From: Spirogloea muscicola
Lineage: Eukaryota
Length of the DNA stretch: 64,000 nucleotides
Reading direction: 5' to 3'
Assembly (NCBI GenBank): GCA_009602725.1
Contig: WELB01000029.1
Location: 849,612-913,611 of the forward strand
In this document: piece after piece, positions 19,093 through 31,329 of the stretch
How positions within the stretch are numbered: the first letter of the stretch is position 1
Layout: the number at the start of each line of letters is the position of its first letter
Made by a program: the position numbers and the translations under genes
Notes under the pieces: generated by a model
Databases searched by the model: none
What the model was told of the DNA's origin: nothing
What the model saw: only the letters and a program-made list of their open reading frames with translations

Positions 19093-21060
19093 GCCGCGGG
19101 CGAGGGGCCACCCTGGCCTCGGGCCGTTCGGCTGACGACTTTGGGGGGCCGCGCATTTGTCGGGGAGAGGTAGTAAAGAGGTAGTAAAGTAATGTACTTG
19201 CTTCCTGCGCATAACATCCGCGGACGACGGCAGACACCGCGTTCCTTTGCTGCCGCCCAGGAGCCTATGGACGGACGGACGGACGCTGAGCTGGCCATTT
19301 CGTGGCAAGTCCGGCTGAGCTGGCCGGCTTCGTCTGGTTGTCGCCGTTCGAGGTAAGGTCCCTTGCCTTGCCCTGTCTTACCTTGCCTTACCCTGCTTTG
19401 CCTGGGCCTTGCCTTGCCTTGCCGTGCCTTCGCCTCCGCTGCCTCGTCGCCGAGCCCGCCCTTGCCCGTTCTGCAGCCCGCACACGATCCCACGTGGTAT
19501 TGACGATGTCCAGCCGCCGGCTTCCAAGCGCCCTCACTGTCAGCCACGACTCGGATCGCCAACGTGTGCGAGCAGGCCGCCAAGCAATACGTGCTTTCAC
19601 AGTATTACATTTGGGAAACCAGCCCGTGCAATCTCGTCCGGATCTCAGTGCTTGGACAAAGTCTATGCGGATGATTTGAGACCCGAGTTATAAAACGTCC
19701 TGCTCCGGTCACCGTTAGGTAGGATAATATGAGAAAGTGTAATTACCAGGTTCAATTGATTTGCATCTACAATAACGTAACTTCTCCCAGCTGATATTGC
19801 TGAAGCTTATGTAGCAATGCAGATACTTGTCACAATGCCATTTCCATCCCAAATGAGCAATTTCCAAGCAGAGTTTATCACATGATGGTACTCTTGTTGT
19901 AGGCCATCAAATCTGCACCTCCTCTGTCTGCTAGCATGTAAAGAGTGACTGGCAATTTTCATTCAACGGTCCCAAACTTGAAGTGCAGCCTTCTTGAAAG
20001 GACTGAAGGTAAAATAACGTCAAATCACTGGAGCTTCAACTCCAAGGCCTACTGCACTGATGCAGTGAAAGTGAGGCATCAAGCTGACCTTCAAGCAATC
20101 GCTCTTCCTATGCACAAGGGTTTGCACCTGGACAAGGACATGTATGTGGATTAGATGCCAACTGCAAGACGTCAAAGAAGCTAGTGCTACCTGCATGACT
20201 ATGTATGCAACTCAAGCAAGGGCACTGCTGCCTTTAACGGGCTTGTTGCTCAAACTTGGTTCAGGTCATCAGTAATCCATTCTTGGGTTTCTAATGACCT
20301 TGTCTTGCAACAACCTTATTGTACCACCTGCTTTAAAGCTTTGCCCGATCAGTCTTACCGGGAAATCAAAGCTTCTGAAACAGTGGCATTGACAATGGCA
20401 TGATAGAGGATGGCTGACATGTGTATTCAAATGATCATTCTATCCTATCAGGGTCAGGTCTGGCAGGCCATACCGCTGCACATGAGCCAGTTGAGATGTG
20501 AAATGGGGCCAATAGCTGTAGCCGGATGCAACACCTCTCCCATCCACTCTCTTGCCATCCCTTGCTGCATCCCTTATGAAGCTGAATGATCAGCCTTATA
20601 AGCCCAAAAGTGCAACCGCCTGAGTAAGACACTTACATGATGAGTGAGGCGCTACATTCACAGGGGCTGAATAGTGTTTCACTCATACCTGTACATTTTT
20701 TTCCTATCAATCACGTATATCAGAGGAGGTAGACTTCGCATTCTGCAAGTACAAAGCTGTACGTCCAAGCAGCTCATTTGACCAACAAGTCACACAGTAG
20801 TCTAACTAGGGGGGTAGCCCAAGTGCTGCACCTACACTGCTCCACTATGGCCTTGAGGACTTTCTCTTGTCAGGTGCCCAACTCAGTCATCATATGCCCT
20901 GCAGTGTACAGCAAAAGGAGCGCCAGGGGAACGGTCAACACCCCACCATAGTGGTCATCCCTTGAGATACCACAGAGATTCTAGAACCTTGCCAGACATT
21001 CTTGCCTAAAGACAAGCTTTACACTCACTCAGAGCATTACAGCGCTGAGAAAGGTTGTCA

Positions 21061-24000
21061 TTACAGCTTGCCATCCTTCTCGTGTTTGTCAGAGGTTGTT
21101 GCTTTAGGTCCAAGTCTTCCAACAGCCCGGAAGTAGTCCTCAATATTGGGTGGTGGCTTTAAGGAAACCCTACGAGGAGCCTTCTTCAAATCTGTAAACT
21201 GCTCAGACAATGCAGTAGTCTCATCTCGAGGTGTTTGCAATGGTTCCTCCTCCTGCAGGGCTCCCCTGTCAGCCACCTGTACTCCTTCCTCTCTCCTCTC
21301 CTCGATGTCCTGCTCGGGCGTTCCCTTCTCCAGATTTTCTGAGATGTTAAGCACTGCCCGATTCCTCTCATCTGCTGCTTCCTGCTCAAGCCTCTCCTTC
21401 TCTGCTGTTTCCGCATCTGCCCTTTTCTCCTCTTCCTTGGCTCTCTGCTCGAGCTGCTTCTTCTCCAGTTCAGCTGCCGCCTTTTCTGCCTCCATCTTCT
21501 CCTGCTCGAGCAACTCCTTCTCCAACTTTGCCGCCTCCAATTTCGCAGTTCTCCTTTCCTCCTCAACTTTCTGCTCAAGCCTCCACTTCTCCAGTTCTGC
21601 AGCTTCCCTTTCTGCGCTTCTCCTCTCTTTCTCCGCTTCCTGCTGAAGCCGTTTCGCCTCCAGTTCTGACGCCTCCGCTTCTGCCCTCAGCTTCTCCTCG
21701 GCTTCCTGCTTGCGCAGCTTCTCCAGCTCTGCCGCCTCCAGTTCCGCTCTTCGCAACTCATCAGCTTCCTGCTCGAGCCTCCTCCTCTCCTCTTCTGCAG
21801 CCTCTAGTGCCGCCTGCCTTCTCTTTCTCTCGGCTTCTTGCTCAAGCCGCTCCTTCTCGAGCTCTGCCGCCTCCAGCGCTCTCCTTCTCATCTCCTTGTC
21901 AGCCTCCTCTTCCAACCGCTTCTTCTCCAGCTCCACAGCCTCTGCTTCTGCCCTTCTCCTCTCCTCATCGGCCTCCTGCTCGACCCTCCTCTTCTCCAGC
22001 TCCACGGCCTCTGCTTCTGCCCTTCGCCTCTCCTCATTGGCTTCCTGCTCGAGCCTCCTCTTCTCCAAGGCTGCTGCCTCCGCTTCTGCTGCCAACTTTC
22101 CCTTGGCCTCGGCCTCCTGCTCCTGCAGCTTCTTCTCCAGCTCTGCCGCCTCCTTCTTTGCCCTTCTCTCCTCCTCCTCAGAAGCTTGCCGGAGCCGCTC
22201 TCTCTCCACCTCTGCTGCCTCCTCCTCTGCCAGTTTCCTCTCGTGGTCAGCCTCCAGTTTCAGCCGCTTCCTCTCCAGCTCCGCTGCCTCCCTCTCTACC
22301 CTTATCCTTGCTTCCGCAGCCTCCTGCTGGAGCCGCTTCTTCTCCAGCTCTGCCGCCTCCCTTTCTGTCTTTCGCCTCTCCTCCTCAGCCTCCTGCTCGA
22401 GCCGCTTCCTCTCCAATTCGGCCGCCTCCCGTTCTGTCTTGCTCCTCTCCTCCTCGGCCTCCTGCTCGAGCCGCTTCTTCTCCAGTTCTGCCGCCTCCCT
22501 TTCTGTCTTCCTCCTTTCCTCCTCAACCTCCTGCTCGAGCCGCTTCTTCTCCAGTTCTGCCGCCTCCCTTTCTGTCTTTCTCCCTACCTCCTCAGCCTCC
22601 TGCTCGAGCTTCCTCTTCTGCTCAAGGTCTGCCGCCTCCATCTTTGCCTTGTTTCTCTCCTCCTCAAGTTCCTGCTCAAGCCTCTTGCTTTCCAGCTCCT
22701 TTGCCTCCCTCTCTGACCTCAATTTTTCGTCCTCCTGCTTGAGCCGCTTCATCTCCATTTGCGCTGCCTCCCTTTCTCCATTCTGCGCTTCCTCTTTGAC
22801 TGCCAGCTCGAGCTTCTTCTTCTCCATTTCAGCCATCTCCTTTTTACTCCTCTTTTCCTCAGCTTGCTGCTCAAGCCTCTTCTTCTCCAGTTCTGCAGAC
22901 TCCTTCTCTTTGGTCTTTCTTTCCTTCTCAGCTTCCTGCTCGAGCCTCTTCTTCTCAGCTTCTGCCATCTTCGTGTTCTCCTCAATGGCTCTTTTGAAGA
23001 GAGTAATGAAGTTGAACAATATCAACACCACTGCAAATAGACACCAACATAAGTGACGGTCACCTTGAAAGCCAACTTGAGGATAATGCGAGTGCCCCTG
23101 CTAGTCTCATACCATCTACCACCACATTAGAGTCACAATGAAAACCTGCAATCTATCTGCAAGTATGGATGGTCTGGCCAGAATAGGCCTATCATGGACT
23201 CTATCATGGACCTGCCATATTATTAACCTGTACTGCCCTTTCTTAGTGGCACACTCCCTCACCTTGTTCGAATGGGCATCGAGCTGGATCTTCACCAAAA
23301 TACTGTGCCAGCATGTCTGCAGCTCTACTCTGTAGACCAGGAACGCAGATCGACTCCCATATCAGTGTACCCACCCCTCGAGAAGATGCAACATCACATA
23401 AACACCAAGGCATACTTGCTTGGACGAATGAAGATGCAATACGATGCATAGGTCTCCATGTAACTCAGGTCGCCCAATATGACTTTTAATAAAGCACTCC
23501 CTCACGGTCAAATACTGTGTCACACTCACAAGTTTTTAGAATGAAAGCAACACTTCATTGGCATATGGCCACAGGCAAAGTGCCTTTGACAAAGAGTTAC
23601 ACACCACTTCTGTGTACAGCGATGTCACCGTCCGGACCTCTGCCTCAGCCTGCTCCAGGAATCCGCTCAGAGTCTGCATCACCAACGAAGGAAGATGACA
23701 CAATAATATGAGGTGTCTCTTCTACCTACATGCTACTGGCTACCTACGTGCTATTTGATGCTACGTACCCTTAGTTGATGCTACAAGCTTGATGATTGAG
23801 CAATATGTAACAGCACCAATACGATACCTCCAATGGAGAATAGAGTGGTAGGAAAAGTCTCTGCTGGCTTATGTACGCAAGTGAATACAGCGAGCATGAC
23901 AATCCTGCTGCACGAGTACTTTACGAAGAGAATAGTATACCTGTCGGAAGCCAACTGAGACAGGACCATCTCCTTCTGACGCTGTCAACTCTTGCTCAAC

Positions 24001-27000
24001 CTTCTCCAAGCCCTTGCTGATAGCTTGCATCTCTTCAGCCAGTGACTTCAATTGTACCTATTGCATATCACAGATGGAGGAGCATGGAATGAGAACAGCC
24101 CTCTGGTGGGAAAGGCAGTGTCGGCCAAATAGCACATTTCAGACCAAAGTGACACTGCAGTTTGATATTCCTTAGGACCTCCCCTTCAAAGGCTTGGCCA
24201 TCCTATTTCTTGGCCAAGGCACCTGAGGATTGATTACCTTCGCAGCATCACCGACATGTGGCATCTCCTTCCAGAAATCCATCAGTTCTGGCAACTTCTC
24301 AGAGAGTACCTGCAAACATTATGCACAAGCTCAAGAGTTGTCAATACATTGCCAAAGCTGAAGTGACGCCTGCTAGCCGAGCAACCATGCCCTGGAAGAT
24401 ATATGCCAGTAATTGACCAGGTCATAAGGAAGGCACAAAACCGACAGCTTAGACCCAAGCACTCCTCCGCCACATAAGGCCATGCAGCACAAACGCGTAC
24501 TCAAATTCAATTTTTACTTGAACTATGTATACATCATTGTGGTGGGTCCTCGCATGTCAAGTGGTTGAGTAAATGGGAGCGGCATCCCTACCTTGCACAA
24601 GTAGTGCATGAGGGTCATCTTGTTGCCCCTTGCACGTGTATCGGTGAGCTTGAGTAGACTGTCCAATTTAAAGCCAATGGCTTGACCTGAAATATGACCA
24701 GAGAGAAACTTAGCCATGCTGCCTGGTATGTCATCTTTCTGACGTGCAAGCCAAGCCTGGATAATCAGTGGCTGACTCTTCGTGAGTAGACAGAGAGAAG
24801 TACATTAACAGCCTTATCAGCTGGCACTGACCTCTTGTTGTACCCTGATTCAGCGCATTGCCAAGGGACAGTATTGTCTGCATAATACGCCTCAATGCCC
24901 CTGATTCCCTGACCTGCATCATGAATGCAAAGCCTCAGAGCTGACAGACCCGTATGATCAGAAGATCTCTGACAGGAGTGCGTGTTACATATTATGCACC
25001 TCTCGCGAAGCATTCCTGACAAGCTCCAGGTTCGCCCTCAGATCTGCAACCTGCAACAGCGACAGCGAATACTGCTCTCAGCACTCATGTCAGCTCCCAT
25101 ACTCTGCTATTTCAACACACACAGAGACACAGAGAGAGAGGGAGGGAGGGAGGGAGGGAGAGAAAGAAAGAGTGAGAGAGAAGGAAGCACAGCAGGAAGC
25201 CAGCTCTGTCCTCCATGACAAGCAACAGGGACAAGCCTACCAAGCCTCCAGCACACAGCACCTGCACTTTGAATTGCAACTTGAAGGAAAACACTTTGAG
25301 CTTTGCCTCCATCCGAGGTACTCGCATCATCTCCATGAAGAAAAGCTCACATTTGCCCAATTGCGTTATGTCGCCAGTGAAAGCCTGATATTGTCAGGGT
25401 CAGCATGAGTCCTCTGACATGGCCAGTGCAGCATATGCAGAGTGAAAAGCTCTTGACAAATGTCAAGGATGGGGGAATGATCATTGAGCAACGCAACTGA
25501 GGACCAATGACGTATGACTCTGACCAGGACGACTATCTCTCACCCTCAGCTTATCCATCTCATCCTTGGTTGGGCAGAACTTGAGAAGATTTTCCACCTG
25601 ATCAACATCCAGCACTGCGGAATCGAGTGCGAGCACACCTTTCTGCCCATCCAATCAAGATCAGGAGATGAATGCATATTTGTGCTGAGCGAACATGCTC
25701 AAAAATCAACTGAGAGAATTACTGATGGCCACAAGCACCGGGAACAAGAAGAGGTGCAAGAAGGCATCTTCGGAACAACAGACTGATAAGCTGGCCAAAG
25801 ATCCACTAAAGAGCCCAATCTGCTAAGTCTGCTAGATAATTTCAGATTGCCCATTCCTGGTCCGTTGTCCTAGGCCTGCCCAAGAGTCCATCCATAGCAT
25901 ACTGCTATGGACCAATCATTGTCAGCAATAGGTGTCCACTTCATTCTCGATGCAGCATGGGCTGCTCAGCATGAGCTCGAGGCAGAACTCACAAACATGT
26001 CTGGCAAGGGCATCTTCACTTTGCTTAACATGATTGCACAATTGTTGGCCCTTCTCAAATCCATCTGCAAAACTCTAGCTTGTGCAAGTCAGCACTTGCA
26101 AAGTGCTGACTTGCCAGGGTGTGATTGTTATCTCGTCTAGACTGACCACTCCATATGTCTGCCATGCTTTAGAATGAAGCAACCACAACATAGAGCCGTC
26201 AATGTACTGATCGGGAATGTACCAGGTGTATCTTCTCAGGCTTTCCTCCAAGTTTAGTAGCCTTGGCCTTGTCAGAATCTGCACTTCTGGACTTGGCTGG
26301 AGTAGCAGTAGAAAAGAGCGCTTCCAGCTCCGTGATGTCAAATGTAGGCTCCCTGACAGGCCAGACAATCAGTAGTCCAATGATGTGTCATAGCGGAGCA
26401 GGATGTCAAGACCACTGCCAGCAGATCGTCGCTGTCATGAAGTAATTCATGATCATGCACAAAGATGGTGCAGTAAGGAAAAGTACGGCTGTGCATTAAC
26501 CTCCCCCATGCATAGCAGGAAAGCCTATGACATTAGTGTCTACCCTTCCAGACAGTTCTAACGAGGCCCTGGCATTGAGAAACCCCTGCAAAGTGTAGCA
26601 TACCAATAACTCAAGGCTGTCAGGATAAACAGCACACCTGGCCTCTTCATTCTCCTTCTGAGGTTCAGACCAGAGGCTGCCTTCGACGGCTCGCGTGACC
26701 TTCACCCAGTGGAGGGGCCTCAGTGCAGCCTTCTTCGGGACTGGTGGAGGGGGAGGAGTGCCTGCAGCTGGACTGCCTCTTCCTCTTCCCAGTCCTGGTG
26801 GTGGCGGGGGTGGCGGGGGGGTTCCAGGTGTCAACCTCTTGCCTGGTGGCGGCGGAGGCGGTGGAGGGGGTCCTCCACGGCCTCGTCCACCTGGTGGTGG
26901 TGGTGGTGGCGGCGGAGGGGGCGGGTTTCCTTTACGCCCTCCAGGAGGTGGTGGCGGCGGAGGAGGGGGAGGGGGCCCTGCGTGTCCCCGCCTCGGAGGA

Positions 27001-30000
27001 GGAGGCGGGGGAGGCGGGGGAGGAGGAGGAGCTGCCCCGCCCCCGCTACTCCGCCTGGGTGGTGGGGGTGGAGAGGGAGGTGGAGGTGGCGGCACGGAGC
27101 CTGAGCTTGCTCGTCGTGGAGGGACTGGCGGTGGAGGTGGCGGAGGAGGAGGGGGTGCACCACCTTCCAACCGTGGGGCCTCTAGAGGGGGCTGTGGAGG
27201 AGGGGTTACAGAATCAGCTAACTGGGCTCGCCGAGGAGGGACGGGCGGTGGCGGAGGAGGCGGAGGGGGCTGCACTCCACCTGAGCGCCGAGGAGGAAGC
27301 GGGGGTGGAGGAGGGGGAGGTGGCGGGCCTCCTGCTGATCTACGGGGAGGCACTGGTGGTGGGGGCGGCGGAGGTGGGGGGCCTCCTTCTAACCTACGAC
27401 ATGGAACTGGGGGCGGAGGTGGTGGTGGAGGGATGGACCCTGCTGACCTACAGGAAGGGGCAAGCGGAGGCGGAGGTGAGAGCGGCTGCAGGACCTCTTC
27501 TATGCGATGCGGAGGGATGGGGTAAGGAGGAGGGGGAGGCGGGGGGATGATGCGGCGTGGTGGCTTAGGGGGTGGTGGGGGCGGAGGGGGTGGAGGCCTG
27601 CCAGTAACTGCCGGCGGCAAGGAGAGAGGAGGAGCGAGCCCGTCACTGCCATCAGCACATGCTGTAAGGGGGAGCTCAACAATGGAGGGATTGGCCTCGT
27701 CAACCCGAGGCGCAAGTGGAGGAGTAGGAGGAGGGGTGATCGTGCCAATCGACGACTCTGGCTCGGATTCTGTCTCCCAGTCGGAGCTGCCGTTTGCCAA
27801 CTTCCGGGCCTTCGCCTGCTGCTGGTGCTGCAACTGCTTTGGCGCCTCTCCATTCTCCAAGCTCTGGCTTGCATACTCATCGTCGTCGTCGCCAAGAGTG
27901 GAGGACGAGAGAGTCCGCTTATGCAAGGTCGACTGCTGCCTGTCAGCAAGAACCTTGTCCCAACTCGTCGCAAGACCGTTCTGAGCCGTGATGTGCCTCA
28001 GCAACTGCATCGCAGCTTCTGAGTCCATCCCTGTGTTCTCGCCCCATGTGGCCCCACTGAAGAGCTCCTGCAGCTTGGAAAAGGCCTCGACAGGAAGCCC
28101 GCCTTTCTCATCCCCCTTTCCATTGGGAAGTGCAACAGCTGGAACTTCTGGGGCAGGTGGCAAAACATCGAGCTCTCCAAAGAGAACCTGCACGAGGGAC
28201 GATGCCGCTCAAGCTTGTCAAGCGATGGCCTGCTCTCTTACGGGTATGACTGATAACCTTCGCAACTGATGACCTCTCCCTCGACGACAAGAAACGACAT
28301 GATGCCAGGCTGCCTAAAAGGCACTCCAGTAACATCACTGCTGAGTGGCTGGCCAATGTGTACTAAGTACTGTCCCAAAAGAACGTGAAGAGTCTGGTAC
28401 GTCCAAACCCGGGGTTATGAGATATCCTGCTCATGCAATGAACAAAAATACAGGCATAATGTCGTAAAGCAGAAACCTCAGAGCGGAAGTCCTTGGTGAA
28501 GCGCTCTTTTGCCCCCCACAGCACGTCGATGTCATCCCTTGAGAGCATCAGCATGTTCGACCGCAAGAACGCGGTGTTGAACATGACTCTGAACATCATG
28601 GTCTCTCGCCGCGACTCCAATTCCAAATGGATGACCTCCACAACCACGTCTCCTTGCACTGCACATTGGATGTCCATCTTCACTACCTCGCAATCGACCT
28701 GGAAGAGAGACATGGACTCAAAGGTTTCAATCGGTCACAATTGCTGTCATGCGAAGTCTGCTACAGCTCCTCCCGCTTTCTTGTCAGCAACGTGTCTGAG
28801 TTTGAAATCCACAATGATGTCTCTGCAAGCTTGCAGGGCAAGCTTAACAACGTGTAGGAAACTCTCAATATACCTGTCGGTAGTGCCTTGGGGATCTCCT
28901 CTTGGTGGTCGAGAACAAGAGTGTGGTACCCTGGTCAGGGAAATGGGGATCCCTTCCATAAACCCTGATCATTGGCCTGCAGCCGCTTCCTGAGTCAAAG
29001 CTGGGAACCGATCGAAGGATGAGGCAGTCCAGCGTCAGGGCCCTCTCTGGCGGAGGCCACTCCGCCATCATGTTATTTCTTCTAGTCACGTACTGCAGGT
29101 ACCTCACCTGCAAGCACAGACTAGCAAAGCTCTGATGTCGAGGCCAACCCGTAATCTTCAGAGGTTTCTGATGAAGTAGCTAGGACCACACCATTGAGCA
29201 ATTGGTGCCAAAGCCCAGTAGGTCGTGAAATGCGACATACACATCTTCTCTACGCCCTGACTCTTTTGCACTGAGTCAGGAGACAGGAGCAGACTAAAGT
29301 GGCGTCGTCCTGAGAGCGCTGCCAACAGCCACGTCACTGAAGGTGGTGAGGGCAAGTTCTCAGCCGGTCAAGACACGGCGAAGACATACCTGTGAGGGGA
29401 TTGGACTAAGAGGCGAGAGCAGTTGCAACAGGCCCTTAGGAGCCTCTCTCTGAATCATCTCCAATGTGCGGAGCTCTTCTCGATGATCCTTTTGGTAGAG
29501 AAGAATGGCAGTGAGGATGAACGCGAGTAGTGGCCAGCCGCCGCGCTCACAGTGCATCAGAAGCAAGTTCTGAGCTCCACCGTCCAGTTCGAGCCAGCTA
29601 TTGTAAGAGCGGAGGAGGTGATGGATCATGGCCATCGAGATGACGGGGCAGCCTTCAAACTGCCGGGGGTAGTCCATGACAATCATGTCCTGCCCTGCCA
29701 GCTGCTCACTCAGCTGGCTCCGCCTCTCCCCTTCCTGCACCACTGAATGAAAATTGGTCACCAGAGGTGGCTGACGCAAGTGCGACCCATCGCCAGCCTG
29801 AATTTGGCAGCTCAGAGGGGAGAGAGCAATGTCCCACCCGGAAATTGAAGACCAAGAATGCAGCCTCTGGCAGCTGCTCGTGTAGCTGCGTAGCGACATG
29901 GCGCACGTACACAGCGTAGGCGTCCTCCCGTAGAACCTCCGTGGAGAAGCACGAGTCAAAAACTGGGCAAGCGAGGACACAAGACGGCAATTGGCGAAAG

Positions 30001-30447
30001 TGATCAAGGCCACCGAAACCAGCAGCAATGAGGTCAGTGAGTCGTAGTGTAGCTGCGGCCGTCAAGTGCCACGCTGAGGGCCGATGACTAGGGGTAGTGA
30101 CTGCAAGCGAAGCTGCACCGCGAGGTGCAAGCCGCCTCAAGTGCGGTGGATTGCAGAGCTCTGCGGCCAGCCAGCACCGCTTCTGCTTGCTTGTGGTGTC
30201 ACTGCATGTTCCAAAGACACTCCTGCTAGAGCTAGCCCCAGCGCCACTGACAGTCCATCGCAGTAGGCCTCGAGCCAAGGGTCGGCCATGTTGCCTGGGC
30301 ACACTGAGCAGCAAGCCGCGCCGGCGGCCTCGGTGGCAGGGGCCCGGGCGTCCCCACGGCAGTCTCACCGTAGATGCGGTCTGTGACCTGGAAGAGGCCG
30401 TCCGGCGGCGCGCGGCGGCCGAACCAGCCGCGCCACGTGAACGCCAT
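21061..30447 (-). CDS. Class II formin (PTEN-like, C2, FH1, FH2) with extended repeat tail
   Basis: PPDGLFQVTDRIYVFDSCFST, LLMHCERGGW, QGDVVVEVIHL...MMFRVMFNTAF, polyproline FH1, LRPLHWVKVTRAVEGSLW, GKCELFFMEMMRVPRME, ILSLGNALNQGT, YFGEDPARCPFEQ. Confidence 0.96.
21355..22965 (-). repeat. Coding tandem repeat, about 24 units of 69 bp (23 aa, AAELEKKRLEQEAEEERRKTERE)
   Basis: tcctgctcgagccgcttc recurs at 22391, 22460 and 22529 (period 69); units counted in the 656-aa ORF. Confidence 0.9.
26738..27600 (-). repeat. FH1 polyproline tracts, many ending PPRR
   Basis: Repeated polyproline runs separated by RR/GG linkers in ORF 26496..28193. Confidence 0.9.
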
Positions 30448-30689
30448 GGCCCTCCGACCGCCGCCGCCGCTGCCGCCGCCGCCGGCCATGCGGGCGGCCG
30501 CGGGGGTGGACGCGAGCTGCTGGCTGACAGGGAGACAGCTCCCCGGGGACGGCTTTCCGAGCCTTTCCGAGCCTTTCCGAGCCTCCGCCCTTCCAGGCCG
30601 TTCACCTCCTTTCCCCCAGCTGCTGCCGCTTCTATTTCCGCGTCCCCCTGAGCGGGTCACTTTGCTGTAGATTATGTAGGTCTTTAGAT

Positions 30690-31153
30690 GTGCTTGCCTT
30701 TGTACTTGGCCTTTGGCCTTCGTTTGTTTCAAATACACGAAATTTCTCTTAGCCAACTCATTACCCAGTTTACAGGACATTTGTTAAGGCTAGAATTGGC
30801 CTCCCTTTCAATTTCATGCGCACCCGCGCGCGCCTTCTCTCTTTCCGCGCGCCTTCCAGGACCGTCTCGCTGCAGAGGTCCATGGCCCGGGCGCTGCACC
30901 TTCGTGCCGGCAGAGCCCTCGCTCGCGACCAGGTCCCGGCCAGCATCCGCGACGTCATCTGCACCAGCACGCTGCTGGCCCTCAGCAAGGCCAATGGGGG
31001 GGTCAGGCCCATTGCCGTTGGCGAAGTGCTCTACCGCCTGGTGGGGCGCGCTCTATGGCAACAGCACGCGGGGCTGGCCCAGGAACACCTGGCGCCCCAC
31101 CAATTCGGTGCGGGGCTGCGGAGCGGCGGCGAGGTGGTCGTGCATGGCGTAAG
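30690..31153 (+). mobile_element. Composite of CRE-like non-LTR retrotransposon fragments (3' UTR, endonuclease tail, RT start)
   Basis: LLALSKANGGVRPIAVGEVLYRLV...HLAPHQFGAG resembles CRE-clade RT; VSLQRSMARALHLRAGRALA matches the 49.5-kb ORF; 30774-30840 matches 54248-54312 and 55365-55420. Confidence 0.8.
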
Positions 31154-31329
31154 NGCCGTCTCTGGCCGGCCCCCCTCCCTCCTCCCGCTCGCGCGCTACA
31201 TGAGCAAGGCCCCCAGAGCCTCACTGGTGCTCTGCTCCACCCCCCTCCTCCGCCCGCCTCCCCGCAAGCTGCCCAGCAGGCGGCCTCAGCCCGGCGCCCA
31301 GCCAGCAGCCGAGCTGCCCACTTCCCGCC

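Noticed and set aside
21146..23056. Long + strand Ser-, Pro- and Leu-rich ORFs
   Set aside because: Antisense shadows of the repetitive formin tail exon.
26695..27550. Glycine-rich + strand ORFs
   Set aside because: Antisense of the FH1 polyproline region.
29530..29560. Degenerate phosphatase motif HCERGGW in the formin
   Set aside because: Loss of the catalytic Arg is a known feature of plant class II formin PTEN domains.
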